Source: Fimbriosthenelais zetlandica (Eukaryota). Taken from it: 64,000 nucleotides of DNA. The notes below the pieces were generated by a model that was given only the letters and a program-made list of their open reading frames with translations, was not told the DNA's origin and did no database searches. Every line of letters begins with the position of its first letter. Position 1 is the stretch's first letter. The stretch is from the NCBI GenBank assembly GCA_977030845.1, contig OZ365118.1, forward strand, positions 22,258,001 through 22,322,000, in the 5' to 3' direction. Both the position numbers and the translations under genes were made by a program. Positions 48,775 to 60,500 of the stretch are shown here, one piece after another.

Positions 48775-49342
48775 CTAAAATAATACAAATATCACCAATA
48801 ATTATACTACTGTCTACAAGTTTATATGTAATGCAATGGAGACATATTTCACATCAATTAAGGTCTATATTGGAAATCTCATATCAATTCATTTCTCTTA
48901 TGAGTTGACATTCTTTCTCGTATGATTTAGCCTAATAATTTCCTGAAATCTGAGAACATAAATACTATATTTTGTAAGGCTCAGGTATTATGATCAAGAG
49001 CTGCTAGAGCCCAGTGCTGCCACCGCGCTGATAGCGCCAACACTACAGGACATCTAGTGCTGCTAGTGACTGCATTGGTATGAAATCCTCCCAAAACTTG
49101 AAATTAAAAGCTTAAAAAGTGGAAAATATAATTAAAACTGTCCACAGGAGGTACAGACTAACAGAGGGAGATGTCTGGAGACCTGAGAGCGGACTGTCAG
49201 GGTACATCAACCCGAGGCTCTCCTCCTGAGGTCACATGATCTGTGACATGTAATGATCTACATGGCCCTGGGTCATGTGACAGTCACATGTTCCCGTCTC
49301 CCTGACAACCTCATGTCTGTCCTTTATCCCCTTAATTAACCC

Positions 49343-49424
49343 CACCTGGCGAGACCTCCACCAACTAATCACCTGGCGGGACCTCCACCAACTAATCACC
49401 TGGCGGGACCTCCACAAACTAATC
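49343..49424 (+). repeat. 27-bp tandem repeat x3 (cacctggcgggacctccaccaactaat)
   Basis: Units at 49343, 49370 and 49397. Confidence 0.92.
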
Positions 49425-49691
49425 GCCTCCACTTTGAGCGTTTATGATGGTCAGATAAAGGGTGGATCCAGTAGGGTGGAAGGGTAGGTTCCCCACAAAC
49501 AAGGGGCAAAGACTGCTTGACAAATGCTTTCTGCAGGTCAGAGCGAATAGTGTAACTGACAGCAAGTATCTAAATGAAATTAAAAGTGTGATAGATTGTA
49601 AACATCTCATAGGTTTAGAATAGAAGACAGTCTTATGACTTGGTATAACTGTTAATAACTAATATTTAAAATGTTACTGATTAGTGATTAC

Positions 49692-49978
49692 CTGTCGTAT
49701 GCCGCCATGCCTCCTGTACCCACCGTCATGCCTCCTGTAGGACCCACCCACGGCCTCACACTGTTAGATCTCCCTATCCTTATCATCCTCTGTGACCTTG
49801 AACCTTTGTGACCTTGGTCAGTCAGTGATTTTGTTGACAGTGTTTTTGTTGACAGTGATTTTGTTGACAGTGTTTTTGTTGACAGTGTTTTTGTTGACAG
49901 TGATTTTGGTGACAGTGTTTTTGGTGACAGTAGGTCAGGTACTGACCCTACACGCTGTTTGTGTACTCCGTTACCCAT
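49692..49978 (-). CDS. Candidate first (alternative) coding exon: MGNGVHKQRVGSVPDLLSPK...GMAAYD(R)
   Basis: ATG at 49978 with an in-frame stop about 50 nt upstream. 287 nt ending at donor GACAG|gtaatc in phase 2, compatible with the 48774 acceptor 0.9 kb downstream. Confidence 0.55.
49823..49930 (-). repeat. 15-bp tandem repeat x7 inside the candidate first exon (S[PT]K[TS]L pentapeptide)
   Basis: cagtg[at]ttttg[tg]tga occurs seven times; unit length is a multiple of 3. Confidence 0.95.
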
Positions 49979-50001
49979 CACTGTCTCTAACGTCACCTCT
50001 A

Positions 50002-50057
50002 TGACCTTAAGCTGACCTTCAAATCAACACCTTCATTAGATGACCTAGTGGTGACCT
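50002..50057 (-). promoter_or_regulatory. Two perfect DR5 nuclear-receptor elements (AGGTCA-n5-AGGTCA) just upstream of the candidate ATG; TATA-like TATATAAC at 50061-50068
   Basis: + strand TGACCT-taagc-TGACCT at 50002-50018 and TGACCT-agtgg-TGACCT at 50041-50057; an additional CAAGGTCA half-site near 50078. Confidence 0.5.
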
Positions 50058-53000
50058 TGAGTTATATAAACAAATCACAAGGTCAAGATGCTGTCAAGGT
50101 AGTAGCCTTTACTCCCTTCATGGATGTTCTTTCTCCATTTGTGTACTTTCAAATGAAAAGGTGAAGAAAGTACTAAAAGAGAAGAAAGAAAAAGTGACCT
50201 AAATAGTGAGCTTGGTGAAGACAAGTTGGGTCTGTCAGCTGACATGGCTGGAGGGCGCGGGTCTAACGGTAGACGGCGCTGCTCTCACATGACACATTCC
50301 TCTAAACACTGTGTTTGTCTTTACTTCAAACTTCTGTCAGACAAGCTTCAGCCTTCAGGCTTCCTGTAGTTAACTGTAACAATCTATAAACCACTGACAT
50401 TCTCTATAACAGATTATAACCATCATAAAGTGAACAGAGATGGTCATAGAACATGAGCAGAGGGCTTTTCGGTTTTCATTCGTATATTCATTCATCAGCA
50501 CAATTCTTTCTTTTCTTTTTCGTGTCTACTCTCTTTCACTTACTCATTTTTGATTGATCTTTTTCTACCTAACAACCTAACCTCGAAATTCCTTTGTACT
50601 TCAGAGGAATCTTTACCAGCATTTCCATTCACATTCCTCCTCCTGACTCATTACTATCTCTGCTTTATAAAGCACTTGGTTCTGGTAAGTTTCTATCATC
50701 AAGTCAGCTGTCATTATTTACAGCATCCAGTATATATAATCCAGGCAGGAGAAGATCTCTACGATCTCTAATGGAAGCTTTGTTCACATTTAAGAATGGT
50801 GAACTTTGTCACGGAAGTCATTGTAGTTCAGCTTCTGTGTACGTTGAGGGTTTTAATCCTTTATCTGAGTGTAATATATCTCAAGTGTTGACCTGAGTAA
50901 TCCATGTCAGATTGAGGATTATTGAGGGTAGATACCTGCCTCATTCAGGCAGTTATAGATACCCGAGATGATCAGTCAGCTATAGATACAATAGATCATC
51001 AAAATAAGTCAAGTCCCGACTCAGGTATCCACATTCTGCGGGTCCACCAGCGTCGCTAGATACAGTACCTCCAACCAAGGTGGCAATGTCAATAAATCAC
51101 TGAGATTAAACCATAATTAGAATTCCTTGGGAGGTATAGAAATATCTGAAATTCCATTAGTTGTTCAAGGAAGTTTCAGTTTGTTTGTGGAGGTCTAGAT
51201 GTTTAATATGGTGTATTATCAATAGTTGAAGGTATTGTCCACTTGACTGAGATCCAACCTGGTTAATACTGCCTGACAATGAGAGAAAAATGACCAAAGT
51301 TCCCTCCACTTTTTCACAAGCAAACACAATGTGACAGGCTGGAGGTTGAGCAGTAGCCACCTTGTCCATACAGGAGGTAATATAATTACATATGGCGGAC
51401 TTCTGGTGGTAGATTAAGCCTATCGCAGCACGTAACAGAGGTAATACGAGGTTCACATATATACAGGAACTTAATCCATAATAAATACTCGATCACGTAT
51501 TGTCAGAATGAGCCAGAAATTATGATTAGTTGGTGCAGCTCTAATTCCCCGAGCTCTCAACTATTAACTCATGTATTCAATCTCAGTTACTGATCAGGAA
51601 CTGTCTATAGCATACAAAGACTGCAACATGTAATCTGACCATATTTTGAGATTTAAAAACTCAAACAAAAATGAAAATATTTTGATTTGAAGCACGTCTT
51701 TTTACCTTTCTCTACCTTTGTTTTTATACTGAGCAATTACTCGGGATATTGCTTTGCCAATTACTGAGGACATAAATATTGAGTTAAAATAAGAAGGAAT
51801 GATTAAAATAAGTCGGTGATTATAGTGGTTGATACACAGATTGATTATCGAGGAATTCATTAAATACTTCTCATTGGTGTGGGCGACAACAACCCCGGGT
51901 CTGAGGTTTCTGAATCAAAGCTTGAGATCAATTTAACACCAAAGTTGATGAGGTGTTTGTGAAATAAAATAAGAATGATGGGATAGCATTGAGAGAGGTG
52001 GACATTGAATAGAGATGGATGTCAGTGGTTGTAAATGACCATATCATTCATCACTATAGCCCTGTCACACTCACAGGCCAAAACCACCACAATACTGACA
52101 CCTATTCTATCACCATATACAAGTTGTGACAGACACTTAATCACTGTACATTGACAGCATTGACAGTCATTCAATCAATGTATACTTTCACCACATGCAG
52201 GCCTTGTTTGGATCAGGGATATTGGGAGAGATATCTTCAGGCATACTACTATGATCCTCTCATTTTGAGACCAAGTAGGATCAATTCTACAACATTCTGT
52301 AGAAGAAGGATCCAATTTTCGTCAACAATCTGAACCAAGGCTCATGTTTGGCAATAACACAAGCACGAGACAGGTCTGAGTTTGTGACTCGATCTGTAAT
52401 TATCATCAAGTTAAAAAGTGAGTGAGTCACATTTAACTATAACCCAGAGGCATAGAGAAAGGTACAGCACTCAGCATGTAACCCCATGTAGACGAGATCA
52501 GCACAAAGAAGGCTTATAAACACTGACAGGAGGGTGAAGTAGGCTATAGTCTCTCTGTCCTTTGCCTTCTAACTGTCCTTAAAAACTTTGTCATCTTCAG
52601 GGGAAATATTATACCATAACATGTTACAAGCAGAGAAGTATATCATGGGCTTTACTGATCATTATGGATTCGTAATAAAGTATTGACAGTCATCATGTCT
52701 AGGAGAATTCACAACTAGGCCACTTTAATGGCTTTGTAAATTCTGGGATAAAAATTTAATGACTTCTCTGAGAATGTTATGAATTTTACAGTGCGTCTGT
52801 CAGTGAAATATTTAGAGGTACGCACACATGGATTATAGTGGAGCATGAAGTAGGAGGAGGAGTAGGAAGACAGGAGAGGGCAGCATGCCAAAAACTATTA
52901 TAAATAAATGTTTAACTGGCAGTTTCTACACAATCTCTTGCCAACAAAGATCTGCCTCTATTTCTGCCTCTCTAATTCTCTCCTTTTTAACATGTCCATA

Positions 53001-56000
53001 CATAAACTGGTTATACCCCAACACAAACAAACTGCCAACATTTCACCGCTTTTTACACTCCACAATATATATCCATTTTTAAATATTTCCCTCTTAATCA
53101 TCCAACATTTTCCACTATTCCTCACTAGACATTCTCTTCATTGCTTTCTCCCATTGGCAAACACAACTATATAAATTCCTGTCTATTTTCTAATTCAATG
53201 CTCAGTAATTGTTTACTTGAGTATCCTTTGAATATCAATATTGGGAATGTCATGTCAGGAAGGCTAGGGTAAGATAGGCCTTATGTGGAATTAAACCTCT
53301 GTTAGGCTGGTGTTAGGTACATGTATGTTTCAAGTTTAAGATGATCTTGGCCTGTTATAAGATGTGGTTAATGGATGATGACTGTAAGTCAGGTTATTAC
53401 ATCTAAAGTCACCCCATCTTGTGTCATATAACTGCCGCCCCCTGTCACACCAAACCTGAACTAATATAACTCATCATACCTACACCAAAATCAAACCTAA
53501 CCCCATCATACCTACACCAAAATCACACCTAATCTTCACCCACACTATCATCAAAAACTAATGCACATCATTCTCACAGAAAATTGATTTGTAACAAGTG
53601 TGTAGGTGGAGCAGTGACTGGTGGCGACCTCTGTGTACAGACGCGGTGATTAATGACCTTGAGAGGTCATGTAATTTGATAGTGTCGACCAGGGCTCCCT
53701 CGTGAAACCTGAAACTTTCTGGGTTTGGGTTTAGGTGGGTAAGAGAGATTCATCTTCTTCTGATCCACCCTAATTCTCACCCTCCCGCCCCCTACTAAAT
53801 CATGGACACACAGGTAATAGGTCATTTTGAAAATTTGAATTTGAAAAAGGTCAGGAATGACTCGGCCTAGTGGAACATGCCTGTTACAGGGGTTGCCTTT
53901 ACAGTCACCCAGTTTATACTTTAATTTTTTCATTAAATGTTTCACAAGTGTTTGTTTTCCCAGCAATGAGAGAGGGTTTAATCTAAGTCTCGCGCTCTCT
54001 CGTGTAACGTGATCTGTAACGTGATCTCGCGTATTTCTCGTTTTCTCTTGTCTTTTTATGTTCTCTGCCGTTAACAAACCCCCGACCTGTCACCTGCGAC
54101 TCGTTTCAGTGACAACTAATGCCATTCTAAAACTTTTTTCATGTCCTAATAAAAGCCCCCAGCCGTCCCCTGCACCCGCTGCCCCCTCCACGGCCTCAGG
54201 AATTCAGGTCTCAATACAGTAAATACCTCACTAAAACACCCACGGCCTATTTTTTTGTTTCAATCCTTGTTAAAAGTTGAAATGTCTTTCAACAAGATGC
54301 ACTTACTTAGAGACGGAGTGAGGCCAGGGGGTAAAGAGAATAGTCAGGATTTTAAAGCAGAATATGAACGTATCATTTTAACGTCAGAACGTTTGAACGT
54401 CAGAATGTAGAGGGAGGGTGGGTGTTGCTAAGCAGTGCTATCGGCGGTTACAAGTCGAGATAAAGTTGACACTTCACCAGAACTCAAAACTAACATAACG
54501 CGACTCCTCGCCGATAAGTCGGCAGGTCAATGGCTACTTTACTCCCATAATGACGAGATTAGAACAGAGAAATATTTCCTCCTTCCCTGGCAACAAACGA
54601 ACAATGTCTCTAATGGCTGATAGCAGGAAGGGCGTGGGAACTATAGGGGAGGGGGGCAATGGTCGGCGACCAGGCCAATATCCTCAATTGGTCCCAAAAA
54701 GTATCTAAATAGTCCTCAAATTTGAAATAAATTTCTAAAAAAATGTCTGATACTCACACATTCCATGTAATGGTACTAATGAAGGTACCCGCCATTATGA
54801 CGTCATAATCCAGGTATGCTAATTAATCCATGAATTCAAATCGAAAATGTGCCTCAATGACAGGCCATAGATGAGGCTGTGGATACTCAATACACTATAA
54901 ACACGGAGTGAGATCCACTCACCGACTCCCAGCATCCCTCACAGCCAGTCACGGGGGATCTAATAAACATCCAGCACACACACACTGAGATATATAGTTC
55001 CCAGAATCACTGACATTATTCCTGGATATTTTCCAATTGGTTTTAGGTTAAAATAGTTGACATACTGCACCAGGTTTGACAGACGTTGAAAAATTGACAA
55101 CTTGAACTCCTGTCATTTCCAGTGTAATGTTATTCTTCCCACGAAACACCAACTTATCCATTACGAAATAATTGCCTTTTCCCACGATTTGTTGCAGAAT
55201 TTCCCTCAGATTTTGTTTTACTGTAAAGTGAAATGAGAGAGTGGAATTGCAGAGACAGTTGACTGTAACTGAATGTAAGATTTAAACCTGTATTATATAG
55301 AGGGTTGAGCACCTAGCACACGTCCTACCCACCAGTTGACTGCCATCTATCTGATACCTCACCTGTCTCATACATCTCTTACCTGTCCCACCGAGTCTTT
55401 ACCTTTAATATCGCCACATGGGACCTCCCCCCACCCTCCCCCTCCTCCCTCCCCCACCCCAACTCCCCTCACTCACAAAAGATGCTCATAACCCTTTACG
55501 ACATCTGACAATCTCATCTTCATTTTGAATTTTTAACGATTTTCGTCAATTTCTTTAAACATCCCAAAACTTTCCCCTTGATCAGTTGTACAAGTGCATT
55601 AGATTACCATTGTTGAGATATTCCAAATTGACACTTGTGGATTGGGAATTAATTTTGATTTTTACCTTTTTTGGAGGTGAGTGTAAGGAAGGGTTAAGCT
55701 GGTAATTGCTGTAGATTGCGGTTTATGGAGCTGAACTGAGTATAAATTCAGTGAGGTGAATCAGGTGGTGGCCCGCCTACCTGTCTACCACTCACCTGCC
55801 TTACCTGCTACAGGTAGGAAACACTGGCTGAGATATTCTTTAAGTTTAGGTGAAAGGGATGGAGAGGGTTGTGGAAGGAATAGAAAGGTTTGGAGAGAGT
55901 TGAGGGAGTTGAGAGGGATGGTTGTGTCATAATAAAGTGTGAAATGAGAGGCACATGTGGGGATGAGAGTGAGGTGGAAACATTGCCCTCATGACATGGT

Positions 56001-57489
56001 TAAAGTCAGCTACAATCACTGCAATACCTTACTCCCCTCCTATATTGATTGCCACCAATTTAACATCAAACCAACATAAAGTCAGCACCAAGCCAAACCT
56101 CAACCATCATCCACGGCAGATTAGTCTAAATGCTCCACATTTCATGCCAATTTTGAGGGAAGATGGAGCAGTCCCAACCCATACAGTAGAGAACTGGATC
56201 AATAGATTCTAGTTTCACTTTAATCTGAGCCCTGACTAGATTAATGCCCTGTACACAGTAAAACCATAAACCGACACAACCTCAACACATGAAGATAATC
56301 CACTAAACCTCAACACATGAAGATAATGCACGTACTCCACCTACATCACATCCCTGTATCATGTAGTAAGTATATACATCTCGCTGGCTGGTGTAGATTA
56401 TCAGATGATCCGTGTATTAATGGCTATAATCCGTGTATTAATGTGTTAGAGCCCGGTGATGGGGCTGTATGACCGTTAAGGGGAGTAAAGCCCTCCACAC
56501 CCTGTACAGATACTTCCTCCAGCCTCCGCCACATACCTCCCGCCTCCACCCATACTCCCTCCTACAACACTCTACATATTAAACATTTCCTTTTACTCCA
56601 TCTCCTATTGAGTCCTAATGCTTGTACAAGCCTAGTTATAAATGATACCATCAGCTGGTCTTGCTATTTCTGTTCAATATTCGGCAGGTCAGGGTGTCAG
56701 ATATGACCAAAATTATTTTGAAAACATTGTTTTTTGAGTTCTCAACTATAGAGACTATAGTCTTGAGGCAGCATGGCCGCCTGGAGGAAGGACTGTGTGA
56801 CAGGAGGGTACAAAGTCTGAGACTGAACGCTGGGTGTTTATATCTCCATGGTAACCATGTCATAGTGAGTAACCCGGATGAGGCCGCACCCTGGAGGAGC
56901 ATTCCCCAATCATGAGTGGTCAATCAGACTCAAATTAATGAAGATTCAAAATACTTCAAAAATTGTGAAGAGACTTCTTCTCATTATTGGTGGAGGAATA
57001 TCGCCAGCTCAGCACTACTGTTTCATCTTCAAGTGATGAATTGTTTGTAAAATTTTTAGAATAAAAAAGAGAGAAGATGAGTGTGCAGACACCAGCTGTA
57101 GGTGGAGAGAGATACATCTTGATTTACCTTACTTTACTTTACTCCATGGATCAATTATCATAATATGGCGAGTGGTAGATCACAGCAAACCAACCCAGGT
57201 GGAAAAACACACAAAATATCACTCACAATTATACAGCATTACACCACATTCATCAAGGAGAGTTGGTGAGGGTTGTACGTGTATATTACACGTAGTGAGG
57301 GTTACTGGTGGTTGATATATTATACTTAGAGTAAGTTGTAAGTTAAATGAGGCTTCACACCTGACGGGAGAGGCAGGTAGAGTGGAAGACGCCAGTCTGG
57401 ATCAGGACCAAATGTGAGCCACTCACCTACTGGCTGAGAGCAACTCATACAGTCATAAAACACCAGTCAAAAACCCACCTTGCCCTAAC

Positions 57490-57490
57490 C

Positions 57491-57522
<32 letters not shown>
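57490..57522 (+). repeat. Compound poly-C + (CA)n microsatellite
   Basis: Direct reading; a similar (TG)n + poly-G compound occurs near 46957-46984 and (TG)n near 10240-10275. Confidence 0.9.
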
Positions 57523-57523
<1 letters not shown>

Positions 57524-60500
57524 CTCCCTCCCCTGGCACTTACATAAATCATAAATGTCAGCTACCATATTGTCACAGATAAATCATGAAGGTCGTTGTC
57601 AAATTGAGCATTGATTTCCTGGCACCTGTTTAGATTTTAAATGAACGCATTTTAAACATTTACAGACTTTTAAAAGCTTTTACTAGTAAATGAGCATTGT
57701 GTGTGACAGGGACATGCTGTCAACCCTGTCATTCTGTACACGATCTGCTGGTGTCATTACCCTGTCACTGTCTCCCTGGAAACGACCTTCACATGCCAGC
57801 CTCTGACCTTCAGGTCTCGCCGTGGTGTTTCTGAGAGTAGAGGGCGCCACTTGAGGTGACGTGATTATAGAGTGACTTGTAAATAAAGTGAACAAGGTGT
57901 CACCAAGGTAACATTCTCCTATTATCGTCCACGTATAAGTGTTTCCACCCGGGGTACCCCGACGTCAGAGGGAGCACCACCACGTCACCTGCCGCGGGCA
58001 CGCCCCTCACCGTGACCTACACATGACCTTGACATTCCTACCCTCACCTTAACTTGACCTTCAGCCGGGAATGTGACCTTCATATTGGTAGCAGACTAAA
58101 TGGTGCCACCAAGGCGGGAAGAGCTTCTTACAATCGCTCATTTACATTGACCAACGAGTGTTCTATGACTATTCTCTGACGACAGTTTAACTTATTTTTT
58201 GGGCCATAGAGAACACGCAATCTTATTAGGAATCATCATGAACTTCCTACTCATATCCTAGTTTGCATGGATGAGATGGAGACATATATAGGCCTATACT
58301 AGTATAATAGACTTATATAGGACCTATAATAGACACCGGTAGACCCATGTCCCTGTCTGTGCCCAGACTACAGTCCCCATTATCTAGGCCACAGATTAGG
58401 GTTTCTGGGTTCTGTGGTTTGCGGTTTTGCGGTTTGACATGTGCCTTCTGGGTGGTGTTTGTTTTGTGGGTTTCTTGTTTGTTAAACATGTGGTCTGTGG
58501 TTGTCACATGGTGGGTTATTGTCAATCATATGTAACCAGGGAAACCGTCATGTTGCCAAGGTTACATGCCACCATCTTGAGGCGAAAATCATGAAAATAA
58601 AAGCTTAAACTTCACCATGAATGTCTACATGTGGACCTGGCTTTCATGAGGAAAACTTTAATAGAGGATTGCCTGGGTATTTATGAACATTAAGTCAGCG
58701 CTGACTGGATGAATGGAGGAAGACCCGCCCTGGCGGCAGTGAGGGGAAGCTTCACAATAGGAGATATAGTGGATGTAATTAGTGGGTAGGACGTCAGTAC
58801 GAGCCTTGACGTCGTGCCGGGAGGGGGCGTGATGGTGGCGGGGAGACATACAGACAGACAGCCCTAATACAGACCACACACACACTGACAGCTTATAAAG
58901 ATACTGCCGCTATTTACGCCGTTTTTTCTCGCAAAATAAAGAAAAGGACTCATTACCAAAAGGTCTTCTACTTATAAAAGCTTTTTCTTCCCTATCTATT
59001 GGATCCTATTTTTCATCTACTAATGTCCCTTCATCTGACACACTTCCTATATAGTGAGATAGACCCTGGTTAATACAATGTCTCTATCTTTATCATTTAA
59101 TTGTTAAAGTTGGGTGTGTCCACTGAATGGCCTGGAGAATACAAAGCCATAAATAGACCAGATGGATTAAAACAAAGATCCCGGTCATAAAGTATCAATA
59201 ATGATCCAATCAGTAGCTCTATTGATCGGCGGTTATGATTAGACTATACCTCCCTACATAACGTAATGAATCACTTTATTCACTGGATTGGATTTAAAAA
59301 GTAAAGTATCAGCCAACATCCAGGCCTTCCCCAGTCTGACATACACATTATAAGGATGCCCCGGGGGCCTGTTTGCCGGGTGGAGGGGTACAAAGATACG
59401 CCGACGATAAAAGTAGTTCCGGCTTACTTGGCAACAAATTGGTTCCAATGAAGACAGGTAGGGGTCTCTGCTCCCCAATCAAGATGGTAGAGATAATGAG
59501 TGAGAATTGGGGGTGGTTGGGTAGGGGGGTGGGTGGGGGGTAGAGGTCCTGGGGGCAGGTAGGGGGAGAGAACTCACCTGTAATTAAGGCGGGGTGACAG
59601 GTAAGCTGTAATCAGGTACAAACTCTCTGATAATGTCTGTTTACACGGGTTAATGGGAGTTTAAACAGAGATGTATTGTTTTTACTCCTCCCTTAAAAAC
59701 ACTGGATTATATGGCACTGTGTCTAGTGACAAATACACAAACATCATTCAAGGCTTGTATTAGACCCTGAATGAGGGTGGGAGAGACATGAAAGTATGGC
59801 AGTTATCTTACCTCAAACTGAGGGGAAATTCAACAATGACAGGAACTTAGAGAATAAATAGATCAAACCTGGGGACGTGGATAAAGAACGGTTTGTCCAC
59901 CTAACCTCTCCACACATAGTTACCAAGCAACCGTTTGTGAAGTAACCGTATATAAACCCAGCCCCCCTCGACCTAATCCTGCTGTATGCAGCATGACAGA
60001 GCCCTAAATCATGCACACATACATGTCTGACAAACATATATATACATACATGTATGTGTACAGTTACACAGTCTGGTGTCTACACACTCACACACACCCC
60101 GCCATGGTATCATGAACGTCTTATTCACTGACGAACACTGGCCAGGGACAATTCTACAGACAAAGTGTACAGAGATAGAATACAGGGACAGCGGGCAGGG
60201 ACAGAGCAGTGGTAAAGGGTACAGGGACAGAGCACAGAGATAGGACACAGGCATAGAGCACAGGGAACTTACAGATCTATGTCAAACTCTCCCTCATTTC
60301 CTTGGCACATCACTACCTCTTTAAATTCCACAATTTCTGGGAATAAAGCCAAAGTTTATCTTTCCTATCTTTCACTTTCCCTGAGAACCACTCATTTGCT
60401 CCTTCACTTCATACGCCTTTCTCGCGTGGCCGTTCCTGCAGACAGCTTCTCACGTGATGGAGACATTAGTCTGCAGGGTTTATGTTTACAGGACACGAGT

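Noticed and set aside
3362-49424. Tandem arrays as possible CRISPR arrays
   Set aside because: Units are contiguous with no unique spacers, there are no cas genes, and the context is eukaryotic.
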